Origin: the human T2T-CHM13v2.0 reference genome, Homo sapiens
Assembly: GCF_009914755.1 (NCBI RefSeq)
Contig: NC_060933.1
Reading direction: 5' to 3' (one strand)
Length of the DNA stretch: 64,000 nt
A program made the translations under genes and the position numbers. Below are positions 55,101-64,000 of the stretch, piece after piece. Numbering within the stretch: the stretch's first letter is position 1; every line of letters begins with the position of its first letter. The notes under the pieces are model-generated. The model was not told the origin of the DNA. It ran no database searches and was given only the letters and a program-made list of their open reading frames with translations.

Positions 55101-58100
55101 GGAATGGAATGGAATCAACCCGAGTGCAGGGGAATGGAATGGAATGGAATGCAATGGAATGGAATCATCCGGAATGGAATGGAATGGAATGGAATGCAAA
55201 TCAATGGAATCAACTCGATTGCAATGGAATGGAATGGAATGGAAAGGAATAGAATTGAATCAACCCGAGTGTAATGGAATGGAAAGGACTGGAATGGAGT
55301 GGAATGGAATGGAATGGAATGGAATGGAATCAACTCGATTGGAATGGAATCTAATGGAATGGAATTGAATGAAATGGAATGGAATTAACCCGAATAGAAT
55401 GGAATGGAATGGAATGGAACGGAATGGATTGGAATGGAATGGAATGGAATGGAATGGAATGGAATCAACCCGACTGCAGGGGAATGGAATGGAATGGAAT
55501 GGAATGGAATGGAATCATCCGGAACGCAATGGAATGGAATGGAATGGAATAAACTCGATTGCAATGGAATGGAATGGAATGGAATGGAATGGAATGGAAT
55601 GGAATTAACCGGAATAGAATGGAATGGAATGGAATGGAACGGAATGGAATGGAATGGAATGGAATGGAATGGAATGGAATGGAATCAACCCGAGTGCAGG
55701 GGAATGGAATGGAATGGAATGCAATGGAATGGAATCATCCGGAATGGAATGGAATGGAATGGAATGCAATCAACCTGATGTAATGGAATGGAGTGGAATG
55801 AAATGGAATGGAATGGAAACATCCCGAATGGAATGGAATGTAATGGAGTGTAAGGGAATTGAATAGAATCAATCCGAACGTAATGGAATGGAATGGAATG
55901 AAATGGAATGGAATGGAATGGAATGGAATCAACCCGTGTGCAATGGAATGGATTCGAATGGAATGGAATGGAATGGAATGGATTCAACAAGAATGGAATG
56001 GAAAGGAATGGAATCAACCCGAGTGTAATGGCATGGAATGGAACGGAATGGAATGGGATGGAATGGAATGGTACGAAATAGAATGGAATGGAATGAAATG
56101 GAATGGAATGGAATGGAATGGAATGGAATGGAATGAACCCGTGTGCAATGGAATGGAATGGAATGGATTCAACTCGAATGGAATCAACTCGATTGCAATG
56201 GAATGGAATGGAATTGAAAGGAATAGAATGGAATCATCCCGAGTGGAATGGAATGGAAAGGACTGGAATGGAGTGGAATGGAATGGAATGGAATTAACCC
56301 GAATAGAATGAAATGGAACGGAATGGAATGGAATGTAATGGAATGGAATGGAATGGAATCAACCCGAGTGCAGGGGAATGGAATGGAATGGAATGCAATG
56401 GAATGGAATCATCCGGAATGGAATGGAATGGAATGGAATGGAATGGAATGGAATGGAATGGAATCAACTCGATTTCAATGGAATGGAATGGAATAGAATG
56501 GAATGGAATTAACACGAATAGAATGGAATGGAATGGAATTGAATGGAACAGAAAGGAATGGAATGGAATGGAATGGAATCAACCCAAGTGCAGGGGAATG
56601 GAATGGAATGGAATTCAATGGAATGGAATCATCCGGAATGGAATGGAATGGAATGGAATGGAATGGAATGGAATGGAATAAACCCGAGTGCAATGGAATG
56701 GAGAGGAATGAAATGGAATGGAACGGAAACTACACGAATCGAATGGAATGTAATGGAGTGTAAGGGAATTGAATAGAATGAATCCGAATGGAATGGAATG
56801 GAATGGAATCAACGCGAGTGCAGGGGAATGGAATGTAATGGAATGCAATGGAATGGAATCTTCCGGAATGGAATGGAATGGAATGGAATGCAATGGATTC
56901 AACTCGATTGCAATGGAATGGAATAGAATGGAATGGAATGGAATGGAATGGAATGGAATGGAATGGAATGGTATGGAATGGAATGGAATGGTACAGAATA
57001 GAATGGAATGGAACGAATTGTAATGGAATGGAATTGAATGGAATGGAATGGAATGGAATGGAATCAAGGCGAATGCAGGGGAATGTAATGGAACGGAATG
57101 CAATGGAATGGAATCATACGGAATTGAATGGAATGGAAAGGAATGGAATGGAATGGAATCAACCCGAGTGCAATGGAATGGAGTGGAATGGAATGGAATG
57201 GAATGGAACAACCCGAATGGAATGGAATGTAATGGACAGTAAGGGAGTTGAATAGAATCAATCCGAATGTAATGGAATGGAATGCAACGGAATGGAATGG
57301 AATGGAATGGAATGGAATGCAAAGGAATGGAATCAACCCGAGTGGAATGGCATGGAATGGAATGCAATGGAATGGAATGGAATGGAATCAACTCGAGTGG
57401 AAAGGAATGGAATGGAATGGAAAGGAATGGAATGAAGTCAACTCGAGTGGAATGGAATGGAATGGAATGGATTGGAATGGATTGCAATGGAATGAAATGG
57501 AATGGAATGGAATGGAATCAATCATTCCGAGTGGAATGGAAGGGAATGTAATAGAGTGGAAAGAAGGGAATGGAATCAACCCGAGTGGAATGCAAGGCAA
57601 TGGAATGGAATGGAAAGGAATGGAATGGAATCAACTCGATTGCAATGGAATGGAATGGAATGGAATGGAATTAACCGGAATAGAATGGAATGGAATGGAA
57701 TGGAACGGAATGGAATGGAATGGAAGGGAATGGAATCAACACGAGTGCAGGGGAATGGAATACAATGGAATGGAATCATCCGGAATGGAATGGAATGGAA
57801 TGGAATCAACTCCATTGCAATGGAATGGAATGGAATGGAATGGAATAGAATGGAATGGAATTAACCCGAATAGAATGGAATGCAATAGAATGGAATGCAA
57901 CGGAACCGAATGGAGTGGAATGGAATGGAATGGAATGGAATGGAATGGAATGGAATGGAATGGAATCAACTCGATGGCAATCGAATGGAATGGAATGGAA
58001 TTAACCCGAATAGAATGGAATGGAATGGAATGGAACGGAACGGAATGGAATGGAATGGAATGGAATGGAATGGAACGGAACGGAATGGAATGGAATGGAA

Positions 58101-61100
58101 TGGAATGGAATCAACGCGAGTGCAGGGGAATGGAATGGAATGGAATGCAATGGAATGGAATCTTCCGGAATGGAATGGAATGGAATGGAATGGAATGAAA
58201 GGCAATGGATTCAACTCGATTGCAATGGAATGGAATAGAATGGAATGGAATGGAATGGAATGGAATGTAATTGAATGGAATGGAATGCCTTCAAACCGAA
58301 TGGAATGGAAAGGAATGGAATCAACACGAGTGGAAAGGAATGGAATGGAAAGGAATGGAATGGAATGGAATGGTATGGAATAGAATGGAATCGAACAAAC
58401 TGGAATGGAATGGAATGGAATGGAATGGAATGGAATGGAATGGAATGGAATCGTTCCGAGTGGAATAGGAGGGAATGTATTCGAGTGGAATGGAAAGGAA
58501 TGGAATCAACCAGAGTGGAACGGAAGGGAATGGAATGGAATGGAAACTAATAGAATGGAATCAACCCGAGTGGAAAGGAATGGAAAGGAATGGAATGGAA
58601 TGGAATGGAATGGAATGGAATGGAATGGAATCAACTCGATTGTAATGGAATGGAATGGAATGGAATGGAATGGAATGGAATGGAATTAACCCGAATACAA
58701 TGGAATGGAATGGAATGGAACGGAATGGAGTGGAATGGAATGGAATCAACCCGAGTGCAGGGGAATGGAATGGAATGGAATGCAATGGAATGGAATCATC
58801 CGGAATGGAATGGAATGGAATGGAATGCAAATCAATGGAATCAACTCGATTGCAATGGAATGGAATGGAATGGAAAGGAATAGAATTGAATCAACCCGAG
58901 TGTAATGGAATGGAAAGGACTGGAATGGAGTGGAATGGAATGGAATGGAATGGAATGGAATCAACTCGATTGGAATGGAATCTAATGGAATGGAATTGAA
59001 TGAAATGGAATGGAATTAACCCGAATAGAATGGAATGGAATGGAATGGAACGGAATGGATTGGAATGGAATGGAATGGAATGGAATGGAATGGAATCAAC
59101 CCGACTGCAGGGGAATGGAATGGAATGGAATGGAATGGAATGGAATCATCCGGAACGCAATGGAATGGAATGGAATGGAATAAACTCGATTGCAATGGAA
59201 TGGAATGGAATGGAATGGAATGGAATGGAATGGAATTAACCGGAATAGAATGGAATGGAATGGAATGGAACGGAATGGAATGGAATGGAATGGAATGGAA
59301 TGGAATGGAATGGAATGGAATCAACCCGAGTGCAGGGGAATGGAATGGAATGGAATGCAATGGAATGGAATCATCCGGAATGGAATGGAATGGAATGGAA
59401 TGCAATCAACCTGATGTAATGGAATGGAGTGGAATGAAATGGAATGGAATGGAAACATCCCGAATGGAATGGAATGTAATGGAGTGTAAGGGAATTGAAT
59501 AGAATCAATCCGAACGTAATGGAATGGAATGGAATGAAATGGAATGGAATGGAATGGAATGGAATCAACCCGTGTGCAATGGAATGGATTCGAATGGAAT
59601 GGAATGGAATGGAATGGATTCAACAAGAATGGAATGGAAAGGAATGGAATCAACCCGAGTGTAATGGCATGGAATGGAACGGAATGGAATGGGATGGAAT
59701 GGAATGGTACGAAATAGAATGGAATGGAATGAAATGGAATGGAATGGAATGGAATGGAATGGAATGGAATGAACCCGTGTGCAATGGAATGGAATGGAAT
59801 GGATTCAACTCGAATGGAATCAACTCGATTGCAATGGAATGGAATGGAATTGAAAGGAATAGAATGGAATCATCCCGAGTGGAATGGAATGGAAAGGACT
59901 GGAATGGAGTGGAATGGAATGGAATGGAATTAACCCGAATAGAATGAAATGGAACGGAATGGAATGGAATGTAATGGAATGGAATGGAATGGAATCAACC
60001 CGAGTGCAGGGGAATGGAATGGAATGGAATGCAATGGAATGGAATCATCCGGAATGGAATGGAATGGAATGGAATGGAATGGAATGGAATCAACTCGATT
60101 TCAATGGAATGGAATGGAATAGAATGGAATGGAATTAACACGAATAGAATGGAATGGAATGGAATTGAATGGAACAGAAAGGAATGGAATGGAATGGAAT
60201 GGAATCAACCCAAGTGCAGGGGAATGGAATGGAATGGAATTCAATGGAATGGAATCATCCGGAATGGAATGGAATGGAATGGAATGGAATGGAATGGAAT
60301 GGAATAAACCCGAGTGCAATGGAATGGAGAGGAATGAAATGGAATGGAACGGAAACTACACGAATCGAATGGAATGTAATGGAGTGTAAGGGAATTGAAT
60401 AGAATGAATCCGAATGGAATGGAATGGAATGGAATCAACGCGAGTGCAGGGGAATGGAATGTAATGGAATGCAATGGAATGGAATCTTCCGGAATGGAAT
60501 GGAATGGAATGGAATGCAATGGATTCAACTCGATTGCAATGGAATGGAATAGAATGGAATGGAATGGAATGGAATGGAATTAACCCGAATAGAATGGAAT
60601 GGAATGGAACGGAATGGAACGGAACGGAATGGAATGGAATGGAATGGAATGGAATGGAATGGAATGGTGGGGAATGGAATGGAATGGAATGGAATCAACG
60701 CGAGTGCAGGGGAATGTAATGGAACAGAATGTAATGGAATGGAATTATCCGGAATGGAATGGAATGGAATGGAATGGAATGGAATCAACCCGAGTGCAAT
60801 GGAATGGAGTGGAATGGAATGGAATGTAATGGAACAACCCGAATGGAATGGAATGTAATGGAGAGTAAGGGAGTTGAATAGAATCAATCCGAATGTAATG
60901 GAATGGAATGCAACGGAATGGAATGGAATGGAATGGAATGGAATGGAATGGAATGGAATCAACCCGAGTACAATGGAATGGAATGGAATGGAATGGAATG
61001 GAATGGAATGGAATGGCTTCAAACCGAATGGAATGGAAAGGAATGGAATCAACAAGAGTGGAATGGAATGGAATGGAATGGAATGCAATCGAATGGAATG

Positions 61101-64000
61101 GAATGGTATGGAATAGAATGGAATGGAAAGAAATGGAATGGAATGGAATGGAATGGAATGGAATCGTTCCGAGTGGAATAGGAGGGAAAGTATTCGAGTG
61201 GATTGGAAAGGAATGGAATCAACCAGAGTGGAATGGAAGGGAATGGAATGGAATGGAAACTAATAGAATGGAATCAACCCGAGTGGAATGGAATGGAAAG
61301 GAATGGAATGGAATGGAATGGAATGGAATGGAATGGAATGGAATCAACTCGATTGTAATGGAATGGAATGGAATGGAATGGAATGGAATGGAATGGAATG
61401 GAATGGAATTAACCCAAATACAATGGAATGGAATGGAATGGAACGGAATGGAGTGGAACGGAATGGAATCAACCCAAGTGCAGGGGAATGGAATGGAATG
61501 GAATGCAATGGAATGGAATCATCCGGAATGGAATGGAATGGAATGGAATGCAAAGCAATGGAATCAACTCGATTGCAATGGAATGGAATGGACTGGAAAG
61601 GAATACATTGGAATCAACCCGAGTGGAATGGAATGGAAAGGACTGGAATGGAGTGGAATGGAATGGAATGGAATGGAATGGAATCAACTCGATTGGAATG
61701 GAAAGGAATGGAATGGAATGGAATGGAATGGAATTAACCCGAAGAGAATGGAATGGAATTAAATGGAACAGAACGGAATGAAATGGAATGGAATGGAATG
61801 GAATGGAATGGAATGGAATGGAATGGAATGGAATGGAATGGAATGGAATCAACCCGACTGCAGGGGAATGGAATGGAATGGAATGCAATGGAATGGATTC
61901 AACTTGAATGGAATGGAAAGAATGGAATCAACACGAGTGGAATGGCATGGATTGGAATGGAATGGAATGGAATGAACCCGAGTACAGGGGAATGGAATGG
62001 AATGGAATGCAATGGAATGGAATCATCCGTAATGGAATGGAAAGGAATGGAATGGAATGGAATGGAATGGAATCAACTCGATTGCAATCAAATGGAATGG
62101 AATGGAATTAACCCGAATAGAATGGAATGGAATGGAATGGAACGGAACGGAACGGAACGGAATGGAATGGAATGGAATGGAATGGAATGGAACGGAAAGG
62201 AACGGAATGGAATGGAATGGAATGGAATGGAATCAACGCGAGTGCAGGGGAATGGAATGTAATGGAATGCAATGGAATGGAATCTTCCGGAATGGAATGG
62301 AATGGAATGGAATGGAATCAACCCGAGTGCAATGGAATGGAGTGGAATGCAATGGAATGGAATGGAACAACCCGAATGGAATGGAATGTAATGGAGAGTA
62401 AGGGAGTTGAATAGAATCATTCCGAATGTAATGGAATGGAATGGAACAGAACGGAATTGAAAGGAATGGAATGGAATGCAATGGAATGGAATCAACCCGA
62501 GTGCAATGGAATGGAGAGGAATGGAATGGAATGGAATGGAAAATACCCGAATGGAATGGAATGTAATGGAGTGTAAGGGAATTGAATAGAATCAATCTGA
62601 AGGTAATGGAATGGAATGGAACGGAATGGAATGGAATGGAATGGAATGGAATGGAATGGAATGGAATAGAGTGGAATGGAATCAACTCGATTGCAATCGA
62701 ATGGAATGGAATGGAATTAACCCGAATAGAATGGAATGGAATGGAATGGAACGGAACGGAATGGAATGGAATGGAATGGAATGGAATGGAACGGGAAGGA
62801 AGGGAATGGAATGGAATAGAATGGAATGGAATGGAATCAACGCGAGTGCAGGGGAATGGAATGGAATGGAATGCAATGGAATGGAATCTTCCGGAATGGA
62901 ATGGAATGGAATGGAATGGAATGGAATGGAATGGAATCAAACCGAGCACAATGGAATGGAGGGAAATGGAATGGAATGGAATGGAACAACCCGAATGGAA
63001 TGGAATGTAATGGAGAGTAAGGGAGTTGAATAGAATCAATCCGAATGTAATGGAATGGAACGGAATGGAATGGAATGGAATGGAATGGAATGGAATGGAA
63101 TGGAATGGAATGCAATGGAATGGAATCAACCCGAGTACAATGGAACGGAATAGAATGGAATGTAATGTAATCGAATGGAATGGAATGGAATGGAATGGAA
63201 TCAACCCGAGTGCAATGGAATGGAGAGGAATGGAATGGAATGGAATGGAAACTACCCGAATGGAATGGAACGTAATGGAGTGTAAGGGAATTGAATAGAA
63301 TCAATCCGAATGGAATGGAATGGAATGGAACGGAATGTAATGTAATGGAATGGAATGGAATCAACCCGAGTGCAGGGGAATGGAATGGAATGGAATGCAA
63401 TGGAATGGAATCATCCGGAATGGAATGGAATGGAATGCAATGGAATGGAATGGAATGGAATCAACCCGAGTGCAATGGAATGGAGTGAAATGGAATGGAA
63501 TGGAATGGAGACAACCAGAATGGATTGGAATATAATGGACTGTAAGGGAATTGAATAGAATCAATCTGAATGTAATGAAATGGAATGGAACGGAATGGAA
63601 TGGAATGGAATGGAATGGAATGGAATGGAATGGAATGCAATGGAATGGAATCAACCCGAGTGCAATCGAATGGAATTGAATGGAATGCAACGCAATGGAA
63701 TGGATTCAACTTGAATGGAATGGAAAGAATGGAATCAACACGAGTGGAATGGCATGGATTGGAATGGAATGGAATGGAATCAACCCGAGTATAGGGGAAT
63801 GGAATGGAATGGAATGCAATGGAATGGAATCATCCGTAATGGAATGGAAAGGAATGGAATGGAATGGAATGGAATGGAATGTTATGGAATGATACGGAAT
63901 AGAATGGAATGGAAGGAAATGGAATGGAATGGAATGGAATGGAATGGAATGGAATGGAATCGTTCCGAGTGGAATAGGAGGGAATGTATTCGAGTGGAAT
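49160..64000 (+). repeat. Higher-order unit copy B (rearranged: +3.63-kb duplication, -1.34-kb deletion), running off the window end
   Basis: Collinear with copy A at offset ~13.8 kb to ~56930, at ~17.43 kb from ~56930 to ~62650 (GGTGGGGAAT 43241/~60666; TCTGAAGGTA 45161/62596), then at ~16.10 kb to the end (TCGTTCC 47857/63960). Confidence 0.93.
53295..60560 (+). repeat. 3.63-kb tandem duplication inside copy B (~53295-56927 and ~56928-60560)
   Basis: GGTACAGAATAG ~53359/~56990, GAAGTCAACTCG ~53803/~57434, TCGAACAAAC 54760/58391 (offset 3631), GAATTC 56611/60237 (offset 3626). Confidence 0.93.

Larger units (their letters stand above)
1..64000 (+). repeat. Satellite III (HSat3) array, (GGAAT)n with interspersed CAACCCGAGT-family decamers
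   Basis: GGAAT pentamers dominate from base 1 to 64000, interrupted every few tens of bp by CAACCCGAGT, CAACTCGATT, TAACCCGAAT, CATCCGGAAT and related words. This is the classical Satellite 3 signature, (ATTCC)n plus A(C/T)TCGGGTTG on the other strand. No strand switch and no non-satellite sequence seen. Confidence 0.98.

Noticed and set aside
53295-60560. Interpretation as Y-chromosome DYZ1 because of the ~3.6-kb period
   Set aside because: The period occurs only once, as a local duplication inside a larger unit, and the rest of the window has no regular 3.6-kb periodicity.
11-63892. Hundreds of ORFs encoding (MEWNG)n on + and (IPFHS)n on -, up to 343 aa (34568-35599)
   Set aside because: Pure GGAAT/ATTCC has no stop codon in any frame and an ATG every 5 bp on +, so long overlapping ORFs are expected in all frames. 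There is no domain content or gene structure. Poly-WNGME is known from the SCA31 (TGGAA)n expansion, but nothing here indicates translation.
1-64000. CRISPR-like repeat/spacer appearance
   Set aside because: The 'spacers' are short recurring variants of the pentamer, not unique 26-72 bp sequences. There are no cas genes and the context is eukaryotic satellite.
1-64000. Transposon insertion or inversion within the array
   Set aside because: No Alu/L1-like sequence, poly(A) tail, target-site duplication or switch to (ATTCC)n was seen on reading through the window.
1-64000. Dense GGAATG (TEAD-type MCAT) motifs and GGA-mismatch hairpin potential
   Set aside because: These are generic, already described properties of any (GGAAT)n satellite and are not specific to this window.

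Overview
The whole 64 kb is one uninterrupted, single-orientation array of (GGAAT)n pentamers interspersed with diverged CAACCCGAGT-type decamers, i.e. human/hominoid Satellite III (HSat3) pericentromeric heterochromatin with the purine-rich strand on +. A recurring ~147-bp module resembles my recollection of the chromosome 9 SatIII clone pHuR98, so 9q12 (HSat3B5) is plausible but unconfirmed. I see no real genes, RNA genes, transposon insertions or inversions, and all listed ORFs are artefacts of the repeat. Rare variant words reveal a nested higher-order structure: a ~2.8-kb unit x3 (~2.3-11 kb), a diverged ~1.4-kb pair, a 1.84-kb tandem duplication, a 260-bp triplication, a diverged zone at ~27.6-32.4 kb, and a recent ~13.8-kb tandem duplication. 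The second 13.8-kb copy carries an internal 3.63-kb tandem duplication and a 1,337-bp deletion. The most functionally suggestive signal is about 33 perfect three-unit heat-shock elements (GGAAT-CTTCC-GGAAT type) tied to one specific repeat module and unevenly distributed. All coordinates were read by eye; breakpoints inside pure GGAAT runs are approximate.
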